64,000 bases of DNA, taken from assembly GCF_039654945.1 (NCBI RefSeq), contig NW_027361797.1, positions 1,116,001 to 1,180,000 on the forward strand. Reading direction: 5' to 3'. A program made the translations under genes and the position numbers. Shown piece after piece: positions 12,831 to 25,154 of the stretch. Under the pieces are notes generated by a model. The model was given only the letters and a program-made list of their open reading frames with translations. It made no database searches and was not told where the DNA came from. Numbering within the stretch: position 1 is the stretch's first letter; every line of letters begins with the position of its first letter. The DNA comes from Dendrobates tinctorius (taxonomy: Eukaryota).

Positions 12831-15079
12831 ACAATTTGTTCACGTATGTGTATAACCATGGATGTGTGAATGAGGCCTTATACTGTGTTAGGCCTTCTTC
12901 ACAAGTCCGTATAAAACACGCACATAAAAAACCGGTACCAGCGTCATCAGTATTTCCCATCGTTTCTTTCCTTCCTCTGTCCGTTTTTACCATTAGTCAT
13001 CAGTGTTTTTCTGGTATGGATGAGGAAAGAACTAAACGACAAGGCTTCTCCTATACATTGCAATGTTAAACCCGGACAGCACTCGGATGGTACATGTGTG
13101 CTGTACGTGTTTTTCATGGACCCATAGACTTGTGCTGGTTCTTGTCATCCATGCTGCTTTAAAAAAAACGGCTATGTCTCCCTGTATTTTGCATGGACAC
13201 ACGGTGTATGTAAAACACAGATATGTGCACAGAACAATAGGTTATAACGGGTACATGTGGTATCTGTGAAAAAAGGGGAAAAAAACGAAGTTGGCCGAAT
13301 TGGTAGGATCGTCACCAGTGGAAGGCACAGGAAGTCCTTGGCACTGAGGCATGGAGTGAAATTGTGCACTGTTTGCTGTAAATCTAGGGAGCATCCTCTT
13401 GTATAAAGGCTTCTTGCCCATAAACAAGGGGACAAAGCAGTGCAAAACGTGGGCACTGAAACCTGAGTGGGCTCATAGGCTCTTCTGCCACCCTATACTG
13501 CCCAGTAGTAACCTGCCCACGACCCCAGAAGCATCCTGGCACCTTATGGTGCATTTTCTTCAAACCTCCCGCAGCAGAGGTGGCACGGTGACCTTCCCTG
13601 CGGTATTATCACAAAGGGGGAAATTCACACTGAGATCCGTGGTGTAAATGCACATGTCAAGTATCTCAACCCTGCAGCTTTTGTCACTTTTGTGCTGCAG
13701 ATATTTTTTTGCAACATGCGCATGCGAATTTCTTAATCCTATAAGATCGGGACATTTTTCGGTTTTATTTCTTCTCTTCTTCCAAAAGCCATAACTTTTT
13801 CAGGTTTTGCTGTGGTCACCATAAGAGGGCTCGATTTTGAAGGAATGAGTGGCAGTTTAGAATAACACCATTCGTTTTACCATATGATGTCTTGAAAAAC
13901 AAATGTCCAAGTGGGGTGAAAAAAAAATCTTTGTTTTCCGTTTTTATGGCATTGTGGGGTAAAAATTACCTGGTAATCTGATTTTACAGGTCAGCATGAT
14001 TACGGCAATTCCAGACTATATATACGCATGTGTGTGTAAGTATGTGTCAGTAGTTAAAAAATTGGAATCTTTCGAGAAAAATTGTTTGTGTTGCCATTTT
14101 CTGAGACCCATAACCTCTTATTTTTTTCATGACTACATCTATGCGAGGGCTTTCTGCTTTGGGTGCTGAGCTCTACTTTTTATTTATACCACGTTGAAGC
14201 ACACACAATGTTTTGATTGATTATTACTTATTTTTAGGGAGGTGTGGCAACAACAAAAAACAGCAATTTTGGCGTGGATTAAATATTTTTTTTGTTTTAT
14301 CACGTCGGAAAGTTTTAGACACGACAATACTAGATGCAGTTATTTTTTTTTTTTAAGAGGGAGAATTGTATCCGTTTTTCATTTTTTACATTTTTATTAT
14401 ATTTATTACTATATTTTGTAGAGATACTTGGAAACTTAAATCTTATTGCTACATGGGAAATGTACTTTTAGGACTGTGCTACATTCCTGCCTAGAATCAA
14501 TACGCTGAATTGTGTCAGACATTCTGTGTGCCTTTGTGTAAAGTCGGTCCCCAACAAATTAGCAAAAAATGTTTATTCATTTATTCTGCAATGTAACACA
14601 ATGGAAAAAACCCCACAAAATAACCAAATCTAATCCCATCCCTACAAATACCTGATCCTTCTTAACAAATTACTCCACAATTCAAAATTAGGACAGTGCC
14701 GGACTAATGATAGTGAAAGTCAACTATATCCATGCTGGAAATGTACCACAAAGTTGTACTATAAATTTGTTTGACTGTCATTTACATGTCGTAATAGTCC
14801 GTAGGATTTAGTATTGTTAACTCTTCAAAGACTGGGAGCCCCCAGTAATTTTTATTTTATTTGTGGACAGGGGATAAATAACAGCAAACGTTCAAAAAAA
14901 AGAATTAAGAAGAGATTAACAGTTCGAGAAAAAGAGTAGCGTAAGAGTCTGATCTTTAAATAATTTCACTCTGATCGTTCTTGTCCTCCTAAAAAAAAAA
15001 TATTATCTATAGTATTACCCAGACACTAGAGATACATTTACAGAAATATTAATGTTAACACACACATACAGACACACAT

Positions 15080-15110
<31 letters not shown>

Positions 15111-15266
15111 GTACATATATATGTGTATGTGTACATATATATGTACGCTTACAGGTATGGTAGGGTATATTCTTCTATATATTTTAAAATACATAAAACA
15201 TTTTTCAATCATCTAAATTTGGGTTAACTAATCGTATGGGTTGGGTCGGGCGCAGCCGTAGAGGAG

Positions 15267-15350
15267 GAGGGTGAGCAGATAAGTGTGGTCCATGGCAGCC
15301 AATAGTTGAATAGTGTAGATGAGGGATGGACGGTGTGAATCCTATTTAAA
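15267..15350 (+). promoter_or_regulatory. Beta-globin proximal promoter
   Basis: Inverted CACCC box (GGGTG, about 15269-15273), AGATAA GATA site 15277-15282, CCAAT 15299-15303 and TATA-like TATTTAAA 15343-15350, in the order and spacing typical of beta-globin promoters. Confidence 0.75.
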
Positions 15351-15424
15351 GTCAGGGTGTAAGTCAGCTAAAGCACCAGGCTCTTTTCCTCAGAAGCTCA
15401 AACCAGAAATCCTAATCTTTCACC

Positions 15425-16139
15425 ATGGTCCACCTGACAGACCAAGAGATCAAGTCTATCAATGCCATCTGGGGCAAGGTAGACCCCAAGGCTGTTGGAG
15501 GAGAAGCTCTTGCCAGGTAAATAACAGCAATAAGAAACAGAGATGAAAGAATCTTTCTGTGTAGATTGCATGTCTTATCCTATTGACCGGATTTAACACT
15601 TGTTTTATATGTGCTTCTCACCAGGCTTCTCATTACCTACCCCTGGACCCAAAGATACTTCGGGAGCTTTGGCAACCTCGGCTCCTGTGATGCCATCTGC
15701 CACAATGCCAAGGTCATAGCTCATGGTGAAAAGGTACTGCGCTCCATCGGAGAAGCACTGAAACACCTGGACAATCTGAAGGGACATTATGCCAAACTGA
15801 GCCAGTACCACTCTGAGAAGCTGCATGTGGACCCTGCCAACTTTCAGGTAATTAGTATAAGCATTATTTTACCAGTAGCCTTGGTTTACCTGCTAACAGG
15901 AAACATACGATTGTTCCATTGTAGTAGACCTGTTTTGTAAATAACTAATGGCGACAATCTAACAGAAAATGCCATTTGCGCCCATTTTAATACACGTGTT
16001 TCTTCTGCAGCGCTTTGGAGGTGTGGTGGTGATTGTCTTGGCTAAGAACTTCCATGGAGAATTCTCCCCAGAAGTACAGGCAGCCTTTGAGAAAGCATTC
16101 TGTGGTGTGGCAGACGCTCTTGGCAAGGGTTACCACTGA
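15425..16139 (+). CDS. HBB: Hemoglobin beta chain (adult frog type), 147 aa, 3 exons
   Basis: Exons 15425-15516 (92 nt), 15625-15847 (223 nt) and 16011-16139 (129 nt), with GT-AG introns at the canonical globin positions. Translation [20 protein letters not shown]...YPWTQRYF...AHGEKV...[13 protein letters not shown]...ALGKGYH has Phe42, distal His63 and proximal His92. The exact paralogue name is uncertain. Confidence 0.97.
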
Positions 16140-16262
16140 ACCAACATCTCTACTACTTCCAAGGAGTCTCAAGCTACAAGAAAACCATCAGGCACTGGAC
16201 CATCCAACAATATTGCAAATGTAGTTTTGAGTTTTACAAAGTAGATATTACAACTAGCTCCA

Positions 16263-16268
16263 AATAAA
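16263..16268 (+). terminator. Polyadenylation signal of the beta-globin gene
   Basis: AATAAA about 125 nt after the stop codon, followed by GT/T-rich sequence. Confidence 0.75.
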
Positions 16269-17394
16269 GTCAGTATTATTATTCCCACTCCTGGTGCCTG
16301 TGTATCTTCTGTTTAATCATAGAAGCTTAAAGTCTTATATTCTAACCTGCGTAGGTGGTTTCAAGCCATTATCATATCACTTACCCAAAAGTAATATACA
16401 TAACATATACGTGAGTACAGATCAGGGCTTTGTAACCTGTTACTCTCTCGCTGCCAACTCCAACACCACAGCTGGAGAGTGATGGGTTACAGACCTCTGA
16501 TTAACAGTTTACAGGGAAATGTTTATTCCCGTCGCCAAGATCCTATTCCAATATGTAGTGGGTGTAATAATAAAATTAGTAGAAATGTAGTATAGTTCTT
16601 CAGATTCGCTACGTCACTTACGACATGTAGGGTATTGCAACAGCTTAGGTATCCATGGTCACGACCAAGAGCTGTTGAATTAACTGTCATTATATCAGTG
16701 GCCGTAACCATGGATACCCAAGATATTGAAATGCCCTACATGAAGTAAATGATATAGCAAATCTGAAGAACTATACTACATTTCTTATTTAAAGTATTTG
16801 CTAATATTATTATTATTACAACTGCAACATATTGGGATAGGATCTTGAAGATGGGAATTCCCTTTTAACTTACTAGGCATACAAACCTATAGGGCTGTAT
16901 TGACAGTGCGTTTTGTTAAATTTTACCGCTGGAATGGTGCTTCTAATCTAAGGTGTCTGACCCTACTGTCATCCTCACCTGTCACCGTCTTTACATTCTA
17001 TCACTGCCGCCCCCGTTGGTCTCCGGCAGTTTAAGACCTGCCAGATCACTCCAGTGTTTGCCGGAGGGACCCGGAGGTCACTCATAACTCAATATCTATA
17101 TATATAAAAATGAGTGTATGTGTGTGTGTATGTATCAGCCACGCCCACTCCACATAGCAACCAATTACTAAGCACCTTTCATTTCACCAGAGCTGTTTAA
17201 AAGAAGCTGAGCTGTGATTGGTCGCTATGAGCAACAGTTTTCCTTGTAGACAGTTGTGGTAACTGAGGCCTATTATTCTTATCATTTCTATGGTGTTATC
17301 GTCCTTCTGTATAGCTGGAAATAACACAATTTATTACCGTGCCAACATAGACCACCCTCTGACACAGACTGCAGGGGGAGCCCAGGGGGAGCGC

Positions 17395-20300
17395 AGTATC
17401 ACACAGGATAGGATTAGATACACAGCTCAGCACACAGTGTCACACAGGATAGGATTAGATACATGGCTTAGCAGACTGTATCACACAGGATAGGATTAGA
17501 TACACAGCCCAGTATCACACAGGATAGGATTAAATACACAGCTCAGCAGTCAGTAACACTGAGTAGGATTAGATACACAGCCCAGTATCAGACAGGATAG
17601 GATTAGATACACGGCTCAGCAGACAGTAACACGTAGGATAGGATTAGATACACGGCTCAGCAGACAAGACAGTATCACACAGGATAGACTTAGATACACA
17701 GCTCGGCAGTCAGTAGCACAGGATAGGATTAGATACACAGCTCAGCAGACAGTAGCACACAGGATAGGATTAGATTCACGGCTCAGCAGTCAGTATCACA
17801 CAGAATAGGATTAGATACAAGGCTCAGCACAGGATAGGATTAGATACATGGCTCAGCAGACTGTATCACACCGGATAGGATTAGATACACGGCTCAGCAG
17901 ACAGTATCACACAGGATAGGATTAGATACACGGCTCAGAAGACTGTATCACACAAGATAGGATTAGATACATGACTCAGCAGACTGTATCACACCGGATA
18001 GGATTAGATACATGGCTCAGCAGACTGTATCACACAGGGTAGGACTAGATACACAGCTCAGCAGACAGTATCACACAGGATAGGATTAGATACATGGCTC
18101 AGCAGACAATACCACACAGGATAGGATTAGATACATGGCTCAGCAGACTGTATCACACAGGATAGGACAAGATACACAGCTCAGCAGACAGTATAACACA
18201 GGATAGGATTAGATACATGGCTCAGCAGACAGTATCACACAGGATAGGATTAGATACACAGCCCAGTATCACATAGGATAGGATTAGATACACAGCTCAG
18301 CAGTCAGTAACACGGAGTAGGATTAGATACACAGCCCAGTATCACACAGGATAGGATTAGATACACGGCTCAGCAGACAGTATCACACAGGATAGGATTA
18401 GATACACGGCTCAACGGTCAGTAGCACAGGATAAGATTAGATACACAGCTCAGCACACCATGTCACACAGGATAGGATTAGATACATACATGGCTCAGCA
18501 GACTGTATCACACAAGATAGGATTAGATACACAGCTCAGCAGACAGTATCACACAGGATAGGATTAGATACACAACTCAGCAGTCAGTATCACACAGGAT
18601 AGGATTAGATACATGGCTCAGCAGACTGTATCACACAGGATAGGATTAGATACACGGCTCAGTAGTCAGTATCACACAGGATAGGATTAGATACACAGCT
18701 CAGCAGACAGTATCACACAGGATAGGATTAGATACACAGCTCAGCAGTCAGTATCACACAGGATAGGATTAGATACATGGCTCAGCAGACTATCACACAG
18801 GATAGGATTAGATACACAGCTCAGCAGTCAGTATCACACAGGATAGGATTAGATACACGGCTCAGCAGTCAGTATCACACAGGATAGGATTAGATACATG
18901 GCTCAGCAGACTGTATCACACAGGATAGGATTAGATACACAGCTCAACAGTCAGTATCACACAGGATAGGATTAGATACACGGCTCAGCAGTCAGTATCA
19001 CACAGGATAGGATTAGATACACGGCTCAGCAGTCAGTATCACACAGGATAGGATTATATACATGGCTCAGCAGACTGTATCACACAGGATAGGACTAGAT
19101 ACACAGCTCAGCAGACAGTATCACACGGGATAGGATTAGATACATGGCTCAGCAGACTGTATCACACAGGATTGGATTAGATACACAGGTCAGCAGTCAG
19201 TATCACACAGGAGAGGATTAGATACACAGCTCAGCAGTCACTAACACAGAGTAGGATTAGATACACAGCCCAGTATCACACAGGATAGGATTAGATACAC
19301 GGCTCAGCAGACAGTAACACATAGGATAGGATTAGATACACGGCTCAGCAGACAAGACAGTATCACACAGGATAGAATTAGATACACAGCTCGGAAGTCA
19401 ATAACACAGGATAGGATTAGACACATGGCTCAGCAGTCAGTATCAGAGAGAATAGGATTAGATACACAGCTCAGCAGACAGTATCACACAGGATAGGATT
19501 AGATACATGGCTCAGCAGACAGTATCACACAGGATAGGATTAGATACACGGCTCAGCAGTCAGTAACACAGGATAGGATTTGATTCATGGCTCAGCAGAC
19601 TGTGTCACACCGGATAGGATTACATACACGGCTCAGCAGACAGTATCACACAGGATAGGATTAGATACATGGCTCAGCAGATTGTATCACACAGGGTAGG
19701 ACTAGATACACAGCTCAGCAGACAGTATCACACAGGATAGGATTAGATACATAGCTCAGCAGACGGTATCTCACAGGATAGGATTAGATACACAGATCAG
19801 CAGTCAGTAACACGGAGTAGGATTAGATACACAGCCCAGTATCACACAGGATAGGATTAGATACACGGCTCAGCAGACAGTATCACACAGGATAGGATTA
19901 GATACATGGCTCAGCAGACGGTATCTCACAGGATAGGATTAGATACACAGATCAGCAGTCAGTAACACGGAGTAGGATTAGATACACAGCCCAGTATCAC
20001 ACAGGATAGGATTAGATACACGGCTCAGCAGACAGTATCACACAGGATAGGATTAGATACATGGCTCTGCAGACAGCATCACACAGGTAGGATTAGATAC
20101 ACAGCTCAGCACACAGTATCACACAGAATAGTATTAGATACACGGCTCAGCAGACAGAATAACAGGATAGGATTTGATTCACGGCTCAGCAGTCAGTATC
20201 ACACAGGATAGGATTAGATACACAGGTCAGCAGACAGTAGCACACAGGATAGGAATACACAGTTCAGCAGTCAGTATCACACACGGTAGGATTAGATACA

Positions 20301-20460
20301 CAGCTCAGCAGACAGTATCGCGCAGGATAGGATTAGATACACGGCTCAGCAGACAGTATCACACAGGAGTATTAGATACATGGCTCAGCAGACTGTATCA
20401 CACAGGATAGGATTAGATACACAGGATAGGATTACCGGTAGATACACGGCTCAGCAACAG
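17395..20460. repeat. 41-bp tandem satellite CAGTATCACACAGGATAGGATTAGATACACGGCTCAGCAGA, roughly 75 units
   Basis: Direct periodicity (for example 18505 and 18546) with shorter and longer variants; lies entirely inside the Helitron. Confidence 0.95.
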
Positions 20461-20489
20461 GATGTGCCAAAGGAGAGGACTTTTTCATT

Positions 20490-20750
20490 CCAAGAACTCC
20501 ACTCATTTCATCTGATTTGCCTTTTGATTTTAAACGCCTCCAGTTTCCACTTCGACTGGCATTTGCAATGTCCATTAACAAGGCTCAGGGACAGTCCTTG
20601 AAAGTAGTAGGGATCGATTTGCAATCTCCATGCTTTTGTCATGGTCAACTTTACGTGATCTGTTCAAGAGTTGGAACTGCCAAAAATCTGTTTATCTTTG
20701 CACCGAAAGGAAAAACCAAAAATGCTGTTTATCAAAAGGCTCTTAAATGA
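20490..20750 (+). pseudogene. C-terminal remnant of Helitron RepHel PIF1-like helicase
   Basis: PFDFKRLQFPLRLAFAMSINKAQGQSL...HGQLYVICSRV matches SF1/PIF1 helicase motifs V and VI as found in Helitrons. Confidence 0.9.
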
Positions 20751-21076
20751 GTTGAAAACAAAAAAATACTATCAACACTTGGGTAATCGTTTAGTTAATT
20801 TGTGTTGCAAATCTGTAGTGTTGAATAAATGATGTGAAATGTTTTTATGTGCAATATAATCATTAGAATTTGCTATAACTAACCACAGTTGGATACTATG
20901 CCCAGGCAACGCCGGGCTCTTCAGCTAGTAAGTCTATAAAAGCCTTTTTCTGGCTCTCGTAGACTTGCATTAATAGCTTGTGATGCATCTTTGGTCCAAT
21001 AAGAACCATGGAACCGGAGTGGCGCAGAAAAAAATGTGAAGGCGCAGGAAAGTGAGTATAAGATTGTGGGCGGGGA

Positions 21077-22038
21077 CCCCTTAATGACAGCCAAAACGTC
21101 TTTTTACTGACCTGAGATATAAGAGACTAGCTTCCCCAGGTGACCATCCAGCAGCTGTTGGCTGTCCACTATAGCTGACAACTTGCTGCATCAGCCACGA
21201 TCAGTGTTGGCACCGACCATATCTGTTTAACCCCTTAGATGCTGCTGTCAATAGTGACTACGTCATATAAATGGTTAACAGAGTGTGGGGGCTTCCTCTT
21301 TAACCCCACTGGCATCCTGAGATCATGATTCTGTGGTCCTGATGTTTGCCATGGCAATTCACAGGCAAATAGCAGCCTTAGAGTCTGCCAGCTATAGTGG
21401 CCTGTTCAGAAGTCAGCGACATTTAAGTGGTAAAAATATATTTTTTCATTCCTGTCATGCCACTTTGCATTCATTCCTTAACATCACCTGAAGGGTTAAT
21501 AAAATACCTGACAGCAGTTTTCAATATGTCAGGGGATGCTGTTTTTAAAATAGTATCACTTTTGGAGGTTTTCCAATATGTAGGACCCCAAACGTCACTT
21601 CAAAACTGGATAGTTCCTTAAAAAATAAGTTTTGTAAATTTCCTTGAAAAAATGAAAAATTATTGCTACATTTTTAAACCTCCTAAAAAGGCTGACAAAA
21701 TAAAATATCATTTTACAAATGGTGCTGATGTAAAGTCGACATGTGGGAAATGTTATTTATGAACGTTTTTGTGTGGTATGACTATCTGGATTAAAGGAAT
21801 AATTATTCAAAGTTTGAAAATTGCAAAGTTTTTTTACATTTTAGTCAAATTTCTGATTTTTTTTATAAATAAACACAAGACATATAGAAATAAATTTACC
21901 ATTAGCATAAAGCACAACACGTCACAAAAAACAATCTCAAAATCGTTGGGATCTTTTGTAACGTTCCAGAGTTATTACCACATAAAGGGACACTGGTCAG
22001 ATTTCAGATTTCAAACATTTGGCCCCATCACTAAGGGG
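21077..22038. mobile_element. Non-autonomous piggyBac-like element (CCCCTT...AAGGGG followed by TTAA)
   Basis: Inverted termini CCCCTTAATGA / TCACTAAGGGG with TTAA on the right side only. The interior is similar to 4800-5380. Confidence 0.6.
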
Positions 22039-22258
22039 TTAAATTAAAAGCCCCACTTCAGCACTGAAAAAAACCAAACATACAAACACACACTGGAGTG
22101 GTGCTTTAAAGAGTTAGCAAAACTTTGCAAGGTCCTTTCATATTTCAGTGCTCTTATATTTACAAGCAGATAAATGGAGGTCCAAAAAGTCACAAGATGC
22201 ATCTTTCATGTCCTCTACATGGGTCTCTTTTCTCCTGTCATCTTATGTGGAACCATAA

Positions 22259-22633
22259 GGCTATGTGCCCACGAATGCAGAAAATTTCTCCTTCAAAACC
22301 GGACACCTTCCCAGAAAACGCGCGTTTTATTTCCGCGCATTTTTTGCGTGTTTTCCGCATGGTTTTTATGCAAAGTTTTTGATGCGCTTTTTTACGCGCA
22401 TCTTCTGACTCATAGAAAATAGCAAAAACGCGGACTTTTCTGCAAAATTAATGAGCATGCTGCGCTTTTTACCGCTAAGCGTTTTTTGCGCGGAAAAAAA
22501 CACATCAATGTGCACAAAAAGTTCGGTATTCATTTAAAATGAATGGGATGCTTCTTCTATGCGCTTTTGAAGCGTTTTGACCTGGACAAATGCTTCAAAA
22601 ACGCTTCAAAAACACTTACGTGGGCATACAGCC
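22259..22633. mobile_element. PIF/Harbinger-type MITE
   Basis: TIRs GGCTATGTGCCCACG / CGTGGGCATACAGCC with TAA TSD. The paralogous empty site is visible near 46704. Confidence 0.8.
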
Positions 22634-24021
22634 TAAACCCGCACCTCCCTTATGTGTATCTACTGCAGCATTGTTATGGAATATTACATTTCATGTGAAC
22701 TAAGTCGTCCATACTTATTGTATATAGGCTTTTAGCATTATTTAAGATATTTTAAAACTTTACGTGTAAGATTTTACCTGTTTTTTCTGTGCTATACTTT
22801 ATCACTACATGTCAGCAGCAAGAACCGGAGAGTCAGGACATGTATAATTGTATGTGCTAACGTAATAAGAATGATCTTAGTCTATTGGAAGGTTTAGACT
22901 TCTGCTGGCCCCTATGGAGGGGACTGGTGGTCTAACTGTTGTAAAGAAATACTGAACGTAAGTATGTGAGGGTGAGAGACAGGTGTTGCAAGAGTTAACT
23001 GTAGGGCCGGCCCTTGCTGAGGCATAGAATTTGGGGGATCTTGGAGTAAGAACTGAGAGAGACTGAGATAGTGTGAAGGAATTTTAGAGGCAACTAGGGC
23101 CAGTATTAGACAAAGTGGTGCCCTAGGCAAAAGTTTAAAGTGGGGACCCAAATGTTAACATATTGCACCATCACACAGAAACATTTCTGTACCATTTACA
23201 TGCACTGACTTTATGTTGTTAAATTAGTGTGATCGACAACATTGAAGTCATTCAGCACTTGATTCCCAGCCTCTTTACACCGGCTGAGGAAGAATGATGG
23301 GTACACAACAATCACTAGTATATCAAGTTATCAGTAGCACATATGCAGTTTTCACTGGGCGATGTGCTGCTGAAAACAATTATTTTTGTTCTGGCATAAA
23401 CAATCATATCACTCAATGAATAGAACAAGCAAGCAAAGGTATACAACAGCATCATGTGTACCACAAATTTAAGATGCCGAATATATAGGATAAACAAAGG
23501 ATAAGTCGTTTGAACGCATAGCATATGGGATGTGGAAACCACAAATTACGACCAAAAATCCATAGGAAAAGCCATAGGTACTTTATTAGGGAAAATACAT
23601 AGAACGGGAAAATGGGGGAACAGTTGCACAAAGAAAACAAGTGCTACAGTGCAAGAGGACACGCGACCTGACCCAGACCAAAGTTACATGTATAAATGTA
23701 TACATAGATAAAAGTGAATATCATCTTTCCTGAGGCCTGTATAACTTGACAAACCCTTTATTGTCTAGGGGAGCTCAATCCACCTTATATATCACTATAT
23801 GTTACTATTCATTAGCAGACATTGTTGCTGTGGACAACCATATGTACCATACTTAATATATATAGAGATATAAAGGCAGTACCGCATTCAGTGGAATCAA
23901 GGTATAGTATCCACCATTGTATATAGTATAAACTCCACCCACCCACACAGGTGAACGGTACAAGAGCAAAATAATTACCTCCAGGGAAGAATCAGTAGAT
24001 GGCCAGGCGGTCAGCGCGTTA

Positions 24022-24062
24022 CCCCGACGCGCGTTTCGGAGAGGATCTCCTTAGTCAGGGGC
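24022..24062 (-). ncRNA. Minimal type I hammerhead ribozyme motif (left arm; core variant)
   Basis: Minus strand reads CCCCTGACTAAGGAGATCCTCTCCGAAACGCGCGTCGGGG: stem I CCC/GGG, core CUGAC(U)A, stem II GGAG/CUCC, GAAA, palindromic stem III ACGCGCGU, GUC site. Confidence 0.7.
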
Positions 24063-25154
24063 CGTGTAATGTATAAAACTGGTGAGTTTAAATATTGCCG
24101 GACCGGAAGTGCCCGTGACGCAAACCGGAAGTGACGTGGGTGTAGTCATGGAGACCGGGAACGTTGGATGGACACGGCGTCATGCGATGGGGAGGCGTCC
24201 AACAAGTAGGGACACTCCTCCACCGCATAGAGATACCGAGACCAGCCCACGCACCGGGACATGACTCAGATGCGTGCCTGGTTGGCGGCACGTCAGATCC
24301 ACCGTTACAAAATCATGGAGAAGATGGTCAGGGACATAGTAAAACTGTCCATGTCATGAAACAAAGTTGCCTACACCAGACAGTCACAAAATAAGAGGAC
24401 ATATCCAGATCTCATTATAGCCACCTACTATAGCAATATACATAAGTTGAAACATAATGTCATATTGGAATTGCATATTATATATGGGGCAATACAGGAT
24501 GTTATAGTCTCAAACCTCGATATATGGGACTAATCCGTCAGACAAAGACATGGACATATAAACATACATGTGTCACACATTGTGAGACATAGCAAAACAG
24601 CTAAAAATACACTAATGGACAAAAGAAAAAAAGAAGAAAAACAATATATAAACATAGTTATATACACCATCCATATACATATAAATATGAAAAATGACAA
24701 AATAAACGTACAAAAAATATATAGCATATATCAAAAAATAACAAAATTAATTGAGAATGAAAAAAGGAAAAGTATGGAATAATAAATTAAAAAATAATAA
24801 AAATAAAAAATAATAAGATAGAATAAAAAATAAACAAAAACATAAATAAAGAAATAAAAAGTATATATGAATTGTGCAGTACATATATGCGTATACATAT
24901 ATAACATAATCATGTCCATGAGGAGGAAGAGGAGAAGGGTAGAGGAAGGGATGGTGTGGGAAAGGGGGGGGGAAGAAAAAGACCAATCTTCATCTAAGGC
25001 AAGAAAAAGGGGAGTCACTGATCTTCCATGTTGTTCCAGTCCGGACCATAAAAGATCAATCTAAGAAAAACTAAAACAAGAAAAAATTAAAATCAAAAAC
25101 TAAAACGAACTGCAGTACAATGCAACTCCATGCACTGCTCAAAAAACAGGGGCA

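Larger units (their letters stand above)
17095..20928 (+). mobile_element. Non-autonomous Helitron
   Basis: Starts TCTATATATATAAAAATG after an A. Ends with the hairpin GCCCAGGCAACGCCGGGC (20900-20917) and CTAG before a T. No TSD. The flanks rejoin into a MITE (tcaata|taagtctat). Retains a helicase C-terminus. Confidence 0.9.

Noticed and set aside
1-15000. Additional globin genes or pseudogenes upstream
   Set aside because: No globin exon motifs were recognised in the ORF track or by eye; a highly decayed copy cannot be excluded without a TBLASTN search.
15319-16224. ORF-track products at 15319, 15611 and 16033 as separate genes
   Set aside because: They are partial or off-frame readings of the three beta-globin exons.
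17395-20460. CRISPR-like regular array
   Set aside because: Units are head-to-tail with no unique spacers, there are no cas genes, and the context is a vertebrate genome; it is a satellite.
20517-20750. Host PIF1 helicase exon
   Set aside because: Lies about 180 bp from a canonical Helitron hairpin-CTAG end, has the Helitron-type motif wording, and no other exons are present.
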